Assembly (NCBI GenBank): GCA_013265495.1 | Contig: MU057632.1 | Coordinates: 666,054 to 730,053 of the forward strand | DNA length: 64,000 nt | Origin: Vicugna vicugna | Taxonomy: Eukaryota | Direction: 5' to 3' | In this document: piece by piece, positions 13,516-25,955 of the stretch | How positions within the stretch are numbered: the first letter of the stretch is position 1 | Layout of the letters: each line of letters starts with the position of its first letter | Program-made: the position numbers and the translations under genes | The notes under the pieces: generated by a model | What the model saw: only the letters and a program-made list of their open reading frames with translations | Told to the model about the DNA's origin: nothing | Database searches by the model: none

Positions 13516-14349
13516 TGCACTCTTGTTAAGCCCTAAGGACCAAAGTGGCTCACCTGAGGAGAAGGTGGAGTCTTGGCAGCAAACATGGTGATGGAGGGGC
13601 ATGGCTGATGATGGGCTGTGAGGCTGTTGATTGGCAGCTGGTGGTTGATTGGTTGCTGGTAGTTGCCAGGTGACCCACAAGGCTGCATCCTGGCCATCAA
13701 ATTACTTAGAGGGCTTTAGGGCAGCGTCTTTTACTTATGGGGACACGGGTTAGTGTGTGACAATGAATTTATAGAACTAGGAAAGCCACCAAGTCATATA
13801 GAGCGAAGACCGAGTCCTTTACAAAAGCTATTATTTGATGAGTTTCATGGAAAGAAGGCAGGTTTTTCTCCCTTCCTGGCCCTAACAAGCTGGGGTGGGA
13901 GGGCAGGTGGCCCCACCTGTCCACATTATACAGGGAAGGAAAACAGACGCATTTCTGGGAATCTTCATTGCTGAACAGGGACTAAGAGCCTCTGTGTGGT
14001 ACGTCTTAGTTGTCAAAGCACTTTCGCAAATGGTTCTCCGCGCTCGCTACCTCCTTTCTGTGCTCACTACCTTCTTTCCCAGTTGCAGGAAAGATGCTGA
14101 ATGACTCATGCAAATCCCACAATGATCTGTTGGCTGTTGTGATGAGAATGCCAACTCACCTGCCAAATCCTTTCTCTTCTCTTGGGGCGCCCCTTTCCCG
14201 CTTCTCTAAGCTTTTAAAGAAGAGGTGATTTTGAAGTGATACTCCAGTGGTGCTCAAGTACTCAGATTAGACTTAAAAAGAAACCGCACTTTATAATAAA
14301 AATAAGATCAAGAAGTCGTATGGTGCACTGATAATAAAGATGACAACAA

Positions 14350-14640
14350 TAACTCGCTGAGCACTTATTATGTGTTGGGGGTCGGAGTAAGCACATTTGC
14401 TGCCTAATGTAATTCTCACAGTAACCGTTTTAGGAAGGCAATATTTTGCTCCAATTCGGACACGAGGGAGCTCAAGCACAGAGTGTTTAAGTTACTCGCA
14501 AAGCTCTGAAGCTAGTGATGACTGCAGCTGGGACTGGTCCCCACTGTGCCTTGCCTGTGGCCGTGCGGGGTCAACACTGGTCTAAGTCACTTGTTTAACG
14601 TTGCTGAGGTTCAATGTCCCTTCCTAAAAGTGTGGGCAGC
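14350..14640. mobile_element. MIR-like fragments
   Basis: 'ctgagcacttattatgtg...aattctcacagtaacc...cacagagtgtttaagttactc'. Confidence 0.45.
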
Positions 14641-14849
14641 CCCCCACCTTTACAGCATTGGTGGGAACACTAACATGAAGTGCAGTAGCTGTATAAAGTG
14701 CCCGCAACTCGTGAGGCTCCTGTGCGATGGTTGTGCTGTTTCTGCTTCACGGAGGTTTTCTGAAAAATTCACAGTTGCTTGGCTGTAGCATCTGTTGCCC
14801 CTTCTCTCAGCCTAAACTAAAGGAGGGGGGTGATTCATTTAAATAACAA

Positions 14850-15656
14850 TTGAGGCTGGAACAAGAAACAAACACCAGCCTTGACCTTAAGGAGGTGGCT
14901 TGACTGCTGAAAGGAGTAGACCCAAAATAGCTACAGTAAAATGTGATAACGAAGGCCTGGAGGCTGCACGTGGGAGCACAGAGAACAGCTCACTCTGTGC
15001 AGGGTGGTTACCTAGAGTTCACAGACGTGCAGGTGAGACAGGAAGGGGGCAGGGCACAGCCACTCGAGGAATAACACAGCAGTTAACACCAGAACGGCGG
15101 AAGAGTCAACCCCAGGAGGCCTTGAGCCAAGATGACGGGAGATTTGACTTCTAGCAGACCTTGGGGTTCACTATAGGCCCACTGGAATATACTAGCATGG
15201 TGAATAACATGCCAACAGGCCCATGGCCGTCCCAAGGCGAGCCACGAAAGGTCAAAGAGTGGGAAATGGCCAACTTCCTGGGAATCCCAGCCCCTTCCCC
15301 AGGCTACTTAGACTGGTCCTTCCACTTACTAGCATATGAAGCTAAGGAGCCCATAAAACTGGCAACAGGCTCCGTGGCCGCCTCTCGCTCCCTCCTCTTT
15401 GACTCGGCCCGCACTCTGTCTGTGGAGTGTGTGCCTGCTTTCCCCTGAGCACCCAGCCCCCACACCTCGTGGCCTTTCTCTCACCTTCTGAAACAGCCTA
15501 CACTCTATGCAGTATGTATCTCTCTAAATAAATCTGCCTTTACTGAACTGTGGCTTGCTTTTGAATTTTTCCTGCATGGAGCCAAGGACCCACACTTGGG
15601 GGTCACGTCCTGGGACACGACCCTCCTCATGCCCCACACCTATTTTTCCTGCATCA
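14850..15656 (+). mobile_element. ERV LTR (boundaries approximate)
   Basis: TATA-like cccataaaa (~15350) and 'aataaatctgcctttact...ttgaatttttcctgcatggagccaaggaccc', typical of an LTR R/U5 region; ends in CA. Confidence 0.6.
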
Positions 15657-16399
15657 CAGGAAGCAAGATGAATAAATGGCAGATCTGAAGCCTGATCCCC
15701 TCCAACAAAAGATGGCAAGACAGAGGTTCTCTATGGTCCTTCACCAGCCCTGTGCCATGACAAGGCAAAGACGTGACCTGAGGCTGTCCTGTCGGTGCCT
15801 CCCCAGTTTTGCCCGCAGAGGGACAGTGGGCCTTACGTGTCAGGCTCCGGGTCCCCGTGGGGCCCACAGGTCCAGGATTAAGGTCTCTTGTGTCCTCTCT
15901 GTTGCTCCTGAGAAGGCTGCTTCTGTCACTGTTTGGTCCCTGTCCAAATGAGCTCTGCTGGAGTGGAAGATTGGCACAGTCCCTTCCACTGGCCATCATC
16001 TGCTATCACCCTGGTCACTCAAAAGATGCGTCTTTCACGTGAGATCTGTTCTCAGCTCCATCAACCAATCAAGACCCTGGGCTGCCCCAACCTCTCCTGC
16101 AGCAGTTTCCTTGGCAACCAGGTCCCAGCCAGAGAGCTGGCCAAGCCACAGTGGGACCAAGTGAAACGCTGCTGTGGGAGTGTCAGTGCGCTCTCTCTCG
16201 GCTTTTAAAGAGTTAGAGACCACCCGGGAGACCCTGTTTCCTGCGGAAATGCCAGCACAGCTGCCACCGCTTGGTATTTGTAGAGCATCTTCCTTTGGGC
16301 ACCTTAGAGCAGGGGTGCTCTCCGAGCCTGGGTCTCACCCTGTGGGGGTGAACTCTTCCTATAAGGGCTGCCCCAGTGGGCTCCTTGTCCTCATCTTTT

Positions 16400-16500
16400 C
16401 TCTACCTCCCTCCCTCCCTTCCTTCTTCCCTTCCTTCCTCCCTCCCTTCCTCCCTCCCTCCCTTCCTCCCTCCCTTTCTTTCCTTCTTTCTTTTTGTCTT
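16400..16500. repeat. (CCCT/CCTT)n polypyrimidine low-complexity repeat
   Basis: Seen directly. Confidence 0.9.
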
Positions 16501-16821
16501 CCCTTGACACTCCCTGGAAGTTATTTCAGCTGCTGGTGAAAATGGCACACTAAAACACAGGGTGAACATCACAGAATACCATACGCTTCTCCAACTGGTA
16601 CCCTATCGATTGTGCACAGTGATCAAAGTTGAACCCCCTGGTGTCCAAACCAGGTGCTGTACTTGGGGGTCACGCTCTGGCCGGCAGGAATTCTCAGTGA
16701 GGAGGGTGCCCCTGCCAAACCCTCCTCAACGTGAAGTGATCCTAGAGAGCCCCTCACAATGAGAAAAATATCAATGACCCCGTCTTAGTATATGAAAGTT
16801 ACCAAACAGGGGCCATCTCGG

Positions 16822-16982
16822 GCAGGACTCCTCAAACCCCAGCATCTGTAGGAATCGCCCAGGGAACTTGTTAAACAGCCGGTTCTGATTCAGTAAGTCT
16901 GGGGCGGGGCCCCAGCGTCTGTTTCTGACAAGTTCCCAGGTGATGCTACTGCTGCCCAGGGGACTGGACTTTCAGTAGCCAG
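16822..16982. mobile_element. hAT-Charlie DNA transposon relic (MER5A-like)
   Basis: 'ttctgattcagtaagtctggggcggggccc...tctgacaagttcccaggtgatgct'. Confidence 0.75.
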
Positions 16983-17556
16983 AGTGCAGGCTCCGTGTCT
17001 GTAATCACGTGACCAGACATGTGCCTGGATGTGCTGGGAAAGTGGGAGAGGAAGAGAAGCACATGTCTCATTCCTGCAGTGTCCTCATGCACCCGCCTCT
17101 TAGGCAAACAGGGTAGGTAGGATGATCCTAATTTTTTGTGCCTAGTGACACACAGCTAAAGAGGTTTCAGATCCAATCTTTCCTACCTTTGCGCCACAAA
17201 AGACTAATCCAAATAGAATACTTTTGTCATTATTACAATATTTTTGTCATTCTTACAGTATTTATATATATATTAGAAAATCAGTATTATGAATGCTATT
17301 AAACACACACATACACAATACTGAGTTGCTCTAACCCTAAGTGGGCTGTGGTGATTATCATACATTCCAGAGGGGTTCACAGACATCTTCGGGGAAGGGC
17401 TTCTCTTCATCAATGCATCTCCAAGAACTCTCACATTTAGTCAGTAACTTTGCTGCTTTGCCCCAATACTTACTGGCTGCCATCCAGATGGACTGAAATT
17501 TCATAATTCTGATGAGGATAATTAGAGGGGTGTCAGGGAATAACCTGCCTCCAAGC

Positions 17557-18009
17557 TGTGGTGGGTTGAAGGGTGTCCCTGCCTCCGAGGTAAAAGTCCG
17601 CCTGGCGCCTCAGAATGTAACCTGATTTGGAAGAAGGGTCGTTAGAGATTGAATTTGGGTAAGAGTCTTGAGGTGGGATCAGTTCTGATTTAAGGTGAGC
17701 CCGGCATCTAACGATGAGCCCTTACTGGAGACAGCAAGGAAGAAGATTCAGAAGGACACAAGGAGGAGGGGCAGGTAAAGACGGGGCTGAGGATGGAGGG
17801 ATGTACCACAAGCCCAGGAACGCAGGGAGGCACCAGAAGCTGCACGAGGCAGGACAGATTCTCCCCTGGAGCCTCTGCAGGGAGCGTGGCCCTGCCCACA
17901 CTGTGATTCCCGGTTTCTGGCCACCGGAGCTGTGACACAATACATCTTTGTTACTTCCAACCATCGAGGTTGTGGCGATATGTTGTGGCAACCCCCAGAA
18001 GCCAATACA
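17557..18009 (+). mobile_element. MaLR LTR (MLT1B/C-like)
   Basis: Starts tgtggtgggttgaa and ends gccaataca; near-TSD caagc/caacc. Confidence 0.8.
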
Positions 18010-18543
18010 CAACCCCTCCCAGACCGTCCCATGGTTGAAAGCGGTCCAGCCGTGGGAACGTCTCACAGCACCGCCTCTGCCCGCTCCTGGTGTCCCGACG
18101 CTCGACCTCACTCGTCAGGGCCACGTGGCGACCACGGGTGAGTCGGGTGGCCCCAGCCCTGGGGACAGGGCAACTTACTGTTCGATAAATGGAAACGATA
18201 TCTCAGAGACTGACCAGACACGTTAGCAGACTGAAAACGAATCTGTTGTGCCCTCAAGGAAGATGAGTCAGAACTCAGAATCCATTTGACAAAATAAGAA
18301 CTCCTGGTCACTTGTGGACGGAGATGAAGCTTGAAAAGCTTTGGGCATGTTTATAATCATCACCTATGTACCATCTTAGATATTTTTATACCTTAAAAAG
18401 GGTTCTTTCCCTACAAGCTTTGCCCTTAGCCCTGAAAGTTTAGCCAGTCTTGATCCGAACCTTCCTCCCGTAAGTCCTGCTCAGGGTGTCGCCCCCTCCC
18501 CCAGTCCTCTGACTTTAAGCGGCTCCCGAGTTGCGTGCAGCGC

Positions 18544-18561
18544 CACTGCCATCTGGTGGCG
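18544..18561 (-). promoter_or_regulatory. CTCF motif
   Basis: Minus strand CGCCACCAGATGGCAGTG is a near-consensus CTCF core, lying in a CpG-retaining patch (18480-18630). Confidence 0.75.
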
Positions 18562-18789
18562 AAGACGCGCCATCACACCCACTTGTTTGGTGCGGTTCCA
18601 GCGCTGGCCAACCAGGGAGGGGGGCTGAGGTGCAGACTGGAATCCTTGTTCACAGTTCTGAGCTTTTGGCACTGAGCTAGCATGTCAGGGTGATACTTGA
18701 AACTGGGTACTCATGAGAACGATATAACTGCCTCCCTGGAGGTGAAGGTTTACCACTGGATATACTTTTTTGTTGTTGTTTTAAAAATG

Positions 18790-18952
18790 TCTTTATTTCT
18801 GCTTCATTCTTTTCTGTTTTTTGGGGGGGGCAGGGTTGTGGGGGCAGGTAATTAATTTCACTTATTTATTTTAGAGGAGGTCCTGGGGACAGAACCCATG
18901 ACCCTGTGTATGCTAAGCGTGTGCTCTACTACTTGAGCCATTCCACCAACCC
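18790..18952 (-). mobile_element. tRNA-derived SINE (Vic-1-like), diverged
   Basis: Reverse complement of the head and tail seen at 50000 and 56884. Confidence 0.7.
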
Positions 18953-19707
18953 ATATACTATTTTGAATTTCTCCACCCATTCTATGCCATGGTGGTAGCC
19001 AGCAGGCAGGCACCTGGCCGGGGAGAACGATAAGGGTTGGAACCTAGCCAATACCTAGTCTGCTCTGGGGTTCCTGTGACATTTGGCACAGAATGGCTAC
19101 CTCATCCTAAATGGGTGGAATTTTTGTTTGAGTGCTTGTGTTTTTGTTTTTGTTTGTTCCGTTTTAACTCTCTAACAATAACAGGCCTGATGGTCTGATT
19201 TCTTAGGAAATAGGATTTACATGGCTCAGTAACATTTGGTGTGTGTCTGCTATTAGATTAAAAGCATCATTCTCTCTGTCTCCATCTAACTTTCCACAAC
19301 GTTTCTAACTTTTCCTGACCGACCTGCCCCAGCAACCTCCTCTCCAGCCTCCAGTGAAATTACCACACAGGTGAAAGCTCAGAGCTCTGAATGGAGCAAG
19401 GGTGACAGCTCTGGGAACTCTTCTGCCAGAATCTACAGACGAGCCCAGAGACTGTTCCTTAGCTTTCCAGAACATCACGTGAGAAGCTCGTGTTGAGAGA
19501 ATGTTCCAGAGAGGGGTCTATATCCTAGAATATTTTTCCAGGGGTATCACCTTATCCATTTTAATCAAATGATCAACGATCTAGAAAGCTGAAAAATTAT
19601 GACTCGTTTTATCCCTGAAAAGGATGGCCCACCACAAGATTCTACTTTCTTGGCCTCTTTACTCAAAGTAAGAGCCACCAGCCCCTGCAGCACTCCGCCG
19701 GGGAGTG

Positions 19708-19888
19708 GGGCCAGCTTCATGGAACTACATAGGCTCATGTGGCCACTCGGGGCCCTGCACTCGGAAGGGCCCTGTGCTTGACTTAACCCCCTGTTGTCGC
19801 CATCTTGAAATTCTTAATTTTTAAAATGAGGGCACCCTTGCATTTTTATTTTGCACAGAGCCTTTCAAATGACTTAGCAGGTCTTGCC
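19708..19888. mobile_element. hAT DNA transposon relic (MER91-like)
   Basis: 'gtcgccatcttgaaattcttaa...catttttattttgcacagagcc'. Confidence 0.6.
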
Positions 19889-21399
19889 TGGGAGTCTGCT
19901 GGAAATCCATCATCTGAGGCCCCATCTCAGACTTCCAAAGTTGAACCTGAATTTTAACAAGCTCACGAGTGAATTGTTGCAACATGAAAATTAAAGAAGT
20001 AATTTTAATGGTCGCAGCCGCCTGTGGATTGGTAGGACTCAGGTAGGGTAGGAGGGCTCAGATCAGTGAACGGCAGGTAAGTCCTGGGCGGAAATCACAG
20101 GGGGAGACCTGCATTTTCTTCTTCAGAGCAGAAGAATCAGGACATTTACACGAGGGGCCCAGTGGGTGGGGCGCTTGGGAGACAATTAAATTGGAGAAGG
20201 GAGAAGGAGAATATGGAAAATTATTGTGTAAGACAGGGGCCAGCCTCTTCAAAAACATTTCCTTCAAGTCTTAGTAACCTGTCACACGTTTTTGAAAAGC
20301 TCTATTCTAACATCAGAGTAGAAAAAGGGAGTTGAACAAAGGACAGTGGATCTCCATCATCAGGGGCAGCTCACTCTTGTGTCCTCACTGTCCCAAGGAG
20401 TTTACTTTCTATTGCCGTTTTATCTATCAGCCCCTCCCCCCACCTCCCTTTCTCTGGACATGCACACTTTGATTTATCATCGGGGACTTTACACATTTAT
20501 AAAAGAACAGATTGAAGAGACTTCGACCATAGGCTGCCGTTGTTTTCAGAAGAACAAGAAATTTCCCAGGAAAAGGCTCCAGTAAACCAACTGCTAGAAA
20601 GTGTGGTTGTGGAGTTCTAGAGTTTAAATCAACTTATAATTTAAAGTTATACTGTTGCAGAATAAAGAAAAATATTGAAATAAGAATTGGGGGGGATCTT
20701 GGCATGCTGGAGCACTTCGTATTGGTTACCCTTGCAGTTTTAACAAGCTGGATTGTCCTATTTCCAGTAGAAAGCTAGAAATCTCCATACAGGTAGGCAT
20801 AATTTGATATGTTGATCCAATGAGATATAGGAAAAGCAAAGGCAAACCAAAGCAGAACAAAAGCATTGTTTCTGGTGTATAAGCTAGCGACTAGCAGGTC
20901 AGAAAAATCCTGGCTAGAGGCAACAAGAAAGCATCGGATTTACTTTCTCAGGTGAAGAAAGAGCTCTATGGGGGTCTCAATCCCTTGCGCGTTATCCTTG
21001 GAGCCAGCTTGGGAGTAGGGGATGAAATTTCTGTTCATCGGAAGGCAGGTGGAGTGTTAATAGATGGAAGAAACAACGAGCTGGGACAACACAAGAGTCC
21101 TGTCTTCCTGCCATCCGTTCCCTCCGCCATCTTGGTTTTGCACACACTCTGTGTCAGTCACTGAGGTGCTAGTTCATGTCGTTGCTTGTTTGCTGGAATA
21201 ATTTTGAAAGGATTCATGAAGGGTTTCGTCAAGCCATTTCACTGTAGCATAATTGGAATAAGGCACACAAAGAGAGAAAGAATAAATATGCCCAGCATGA
21301 GCTTTCCGATGGCCAGTGGGAGAGTGTAACTGCTGAGCAGAGCTCTGGATTGCCGGCTAAGAACTGTGATGGCTTACACCGTCCCTACAGTGCGCTTAG

Positions 21400-21859
21400 G
21401 AAGGAATTCGGGGGCGGTCTGTGAGCCTGGATGAGAAAACACTGCATCTTCACTTTTTTTTTTCTTGCCTCTAATTGAAACTGAGCCTTTCTTCCAACTG
21501 TCATTTTAGGCAACAAACCGCAGTAGCAGAGCAGCACCTGTGACCTTGTTGTCCATAAAAATCTCAGATATTTTTTGTCACTTTACAGTTGTTATAGATA
21601 TCTTGAACTATCATTTATGCTCATCACACTTCAAAAATATAGTAGCTGTTGGATGTTGCCACTTTATTTAATATAACAGTAAAGAAGTATATATACATCA
21701 CAGGTTTGTTTTTAAAATATGTTTAATTCTTCCAATATAAAATGTAGTTTTCTTTTAACGCTGTGAATTTTTCAAATGAATTTAACATTATTTTTGAGGG
21801 ATCCATAGACTTCAGCAGTCACACAGGGGTCCAAAGCATACGAAGGGTTAAGAACCCTG
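21400..21859. mobile_element. hAT-Charlie-like DNA transposon relic
   Basis: Ends 'ggggtcca...aagggttaagaaccctg', a Charlie-type terminus; left boundary uncertain. Confidence 0.45.
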
Positions 21860-23194
21860 TGGTAGAGGAATGCACAGTCCATAGAAGAAAAATCTTTTCC
21901 AGACACGAAGTAATAAAGGGTAGAACACAGACACACCAACATTACGTGCCTCTGAAAGACGCAAAAGAAAGATACTGAGTAATATGTTGGAAAATATCTT
22001 CGATAAAAATGTTCAGTCAACATGAGAAGAATTTTTAATGAACACTCAAAAAAGAAAAACTAAAGAGAAAACATTAGAAGAAAACTTTGTGAATTTTTGG
22101 TGGAATGGATGCAATGGTAGGAACGAGTTAGTGTGACCCGAGTGTGTAGTTTCAGGGGTTTTTAATTGCTGTGTTGCTAGAATTTGAAGAATCTAGAGGA
22201 ATGAAGATGTAGAGAAACACAAACTAATCAGGAAAGAAGTGGCTGCATCTTGTGGAACGTCCAACGGGGGAAAGGAGCATGGGAACAAAGCATCTGGAGA
22301 GGAAGAGGAGACAGAGTTTCTAGCATCCCAGAGAGGAGGTGCAGGCTGGGCTTCGTCCAGGTGGAAGAAAGAACAAGGTGGTAATTTTGGTGAATGGAAG
22401 TGAGTTCCTCTCCACCTGGAGAAACTTGAGGATTCAGACACGAGGGTGCAGACTTGCAGGTGGAGCGTTGGCTGGTGACCTCACACAGCAGGAGGTGTCA
22501 GAGAGCCTGGAGAGGCTGGGAACTCCTGGCCAGGAAAATGGCAGAAATGGTTAACTCAATCATCCAGGAAATGGCGCTGAAATGCAGGTGAGAGAGCAGT
22601 TTGGCTTTGCTGGGAGAGAGAGGAGGGTCTCTGCCCGCTTTCAAGAGGTGCTGACTGAAGGAAAGGGTTGGCCTGGAATGGGAGTGAGCAGTCAGCCTCT
22701 CATCCCTGACCTCCCAAGGGGCAGGGATGGCTGAGGACAGCCAATGTGGGCCAGTGCAGGAAGGAGTCTTCCAGCAGTGGAAGTGGGGTGCATGAATTAG
22801 CACATGCTCAAGGCCAGGTTTGCCCAAGAATTCTGTGTTCATCTGCAGCCTTCGCCCATGCAACTTTGATGGATATCAGTATTTGGTGCATAAGAGTTGT
22901 AACTGCTAAACTGTCCTGGGTATTTACTATGAATGCAGATTTTAAGAATTCAGATGATGCTGGAGAACTCTCATAGTCTTGGAAATCACATGAAATCACC
23001 TGAAATAATGGACTCAAGGAAGTCTGCTTGCTTTTTCTTTAACTATGGAAATAATTTTATCTGAAATAAAGATTTTTTTTATTTCAAGAAAAAGAAGGAT
23101 TTGATATTTGCTACTTACCTTTATCTCCAAAATAAGGCTATAAAGAGGCAGTATTATTATTCCATTGAATAGATTTGTTCTATATTTTTTAAAG

Positions 23195-23351
23195 GTTTCA
23201 TTTTTTAAATTTTATTTTTAAAGTATTTTTTTATTTTGGGGGGGGAGGAGGTAATTAGGTTTATTTATTATTTTTTAAATAAATGTTTATTTGAACCCAG
23301 TACCTCATGCATGCTAAGTGCACACTCTACCACTGAGCTCTTTCCTCCCCC
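23195..23351 (-). mobile_element. tRNA-derived SINE (Vic-1-like)
   Basis: 'ggtaattaggtttatt...gaacccag...gcatgctaag...ctctaccactgagct'. Confidence 0.8.
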
Positions 23352-25129
23352 CAATATAATATGTTTTATGAATTCCACTCTTAATATAACTTTGTGGGAA
23401 GAGCAGTTTCCCAGTTTCAGACATTCCCAGATGTGTGAACAAAGGCAAATTATTAACTTAGCCTTAGACGTTCTTGTGTAAATCAAAATAAATCTGTTGC
23501 TATTGATATTTTTACAATGGCATGGCCCTCCAAATGCTGGCCTGGCATCCTAGACTATTCAAGGTAACAGACAAGTGGAAGATGGGAAAGATGTGCTGTG
23601 GGAGAGAGGAGTGTGTGTGACAGCTTGGTCAGCCTCGAGAACTCTGGTCCCACCTGCCCCAGGTTTTGAGAGAAGACGAAGAATGGACCTAAGGTAGACA
23701 GCTCTCGTTAAAGAGATATCCTGGAAACCATCTGGAACTCAGACATGTTAACTGGAGAAACTGCAGTGCTGGGATTAAAATAGAGGCAGTAATTAATATC
23801 TGGTGTCCCTCTAGTCTGAGAGTAGGTAGGATCATGGAAGGAGAGCAGAAAAAGAAGGGAAAAGTCATAATATTGTGGAATTAACTGCGTTAAGGATTGT
23901 TACAGAAACTGTGTCTGATTCAACTTTATGCCTTATTCAGGGCCAGCACAATAATTATACTTAGTGGACAACCTGATAAAGGATGGTGTAATAGTTTTTG
24001 CTCTAATAATGCTGCATAGCAAGCAATCGCTAAACCTTTGTGGCTGATAAAAATATTTTTTTATTGTGCACAGATGTGGAGGTCACCAGGGCAGCTCTGC
24101 ATCAGGCTGGGAGTGGGGTTCGGGTCTCCTCCATGTGTCTTTCATTCAGGGACCAGGTTGAATGATCAGAAAGCCCTTCTGGTGGAGGATGGCCTCCAAT
24201 CTGCTACACCCACTAACATTCTGTGTTACGGAACTAACTAGCCAGCAACACAGAAGCAAGTCACCTGACCAAGCCATTTCCTTCTGCTTTGTTTATGTTT
24301 ATTGTTTCTTTATGTAATGATCTCCCAGTAGACAGGGGGACCCTTTAAGATGGGGGCAGTTTTGGGTTTTGGTTCTCATTTTCATTTCCCAAGTACTTTA
24401 TATCTAGTACCCAACCAAGCCCTTAATAATGTTGGCTACCTATAATCTGACCATATATCTGGGGTGGGGTTTCCAGAGATAAAGATGTTCAAGTCAGCAG
24501 GAAATCATGAAGATTGAGCAAAATGGCCACTTTTCTGGTTTCTGCCTCTCCTTTGTGGCGGGCCGTGAAATCGTCACACCGTACAGTCCTGTCTGATTTG
24601 AAGCGATTTCTGCTTCCGTGCCTTTCGAGACAAAGAATTCTCAAGCTCTATCCAGCACCTCCTATTTCAGCAGCAAACTCGCCCCTGCCGGCCCCCAGGG
24701 ATGTGCCATCTTTTGGCACGTGAGGTAACAGCTCTGCCCTGACAGTTTGTTGTAAAGGGAACGCATCACTTGTTTTGGTCTCCTGTTGTCCTGGCCTAAC
24801 AGGTACTTTCCTGTCTTGTAGACCAAACAGCTGGCTGACTCCACAGGGTAAAGTTCAGTCAACTGTTTTAAAAAACTGTAAACAACTGATTGTCTCAAAT
24901 TTGATTTTGACTTAGCTGGGTTTACTTGGCTTTACAAAGTTAAAGCCAGTGTGTCCTGTTAAAATTTAAGGGCTCCTTGAAGGTGGAGACTAGATCACAA
25001 CAGTTACTTTGCCACATTGCAACATGAAACGAGTACTTCCTAAGTATGGTGAGGGGGATGACTGTGAGATATACGAACACACTTCTGGAGAAGAAAAATA
25101 AATCATGGAATTATGAAAACCAAATTAGG

Positions 25130-25350
25130 GGTTGGGGATTAACAGAACACATTACTATCTGTAAAACAGAAACAACAAGGACCTACTATATAGCACAGGG
25201 AACTATAGTCAATGTCTTGTAATAATATATCATGGAAAAGAATCTGAAAATATAAAGTACCCATGTATGTGTATGTGTAACTGAATCACTTTGCTGTACA
25301 CCTGAAACTAACATTGTAAATCAATTACACTTCAATAAAAAATTAAAAAA
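25130..25350 (+). mobile_element. L1 3' UTR fragment
   Basis: Shared L1 3' end with AATAAA and A tail. Confidence 0.85.
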
Positions 25351-25671
25351 GAAAGCCAATCACTTTTAACATGTTTCTTTTAGAGACTCATCTATATACT
25401 TATCCTTTAAGAGTCTACTGAAGACTGTTTAGCGTGTTGCTTGGCTCGTTACGTCGACCTGCGCTAAGTCAAGGTCTGACAGGTAAGTCAGGGGCTCAGA
25501 AGCGACCAACGGAGATCGGAGCCAGAGGCTTTGGTGAGAGACACAGGAATTCATATTTTGATAGGTCACATACCTTGAAATGATTTGGCACTTGGACAAC
25601 GGTGTTGTCTTGTTTATCAGCGCACTTAAACGACAGCAGAGGAAAAACCTTCCATGTGGTTCTTACTGAGA

Positions 25672-25677
25672 TTTATT
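25672..25677 (-). terminator. Distal polyadenylation signal AATAAA
   Basis: Plus-strand tttatt; last such hexamer before repeat-rich intergenic DNA resumes. Confidence 0.6.
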
Positions 25678-25949
25678 GATTTTAGTAATGCCACTTTTCA
25701 GAAGTAAGAGTCATGTGCTCACTCAGACAGGCGGACAAAGTGAAAACTCATATGTGATGCAAAGTACCCTTTGGGCCATAGGTTAGGACATAAATCATGC
25801 AGTGACATGTCCAGCCCAGAGTCCGCAGCAGAAAACAAACCCCGCCACCCTTCCTGTGACCCGGCTCCCGTCTGGCACCACGGGACCCACCATGGATATC
25901 TGGCAAAGCACAGAACACATATGGCTACCAACTGACATGAAAAGTAAAT

Positions 25950-25955
25950 TTTATT
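25950..25955 (-). terminator. Polyadenylation signal AATAAA
   Basis: Plus-strand tttatt. On the minus strand it has upstream UGUA motifs (tatgtatgtaaac) and downstream GU-rich sequence (atatgtgttctgtgc). Confidence 0.6.
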
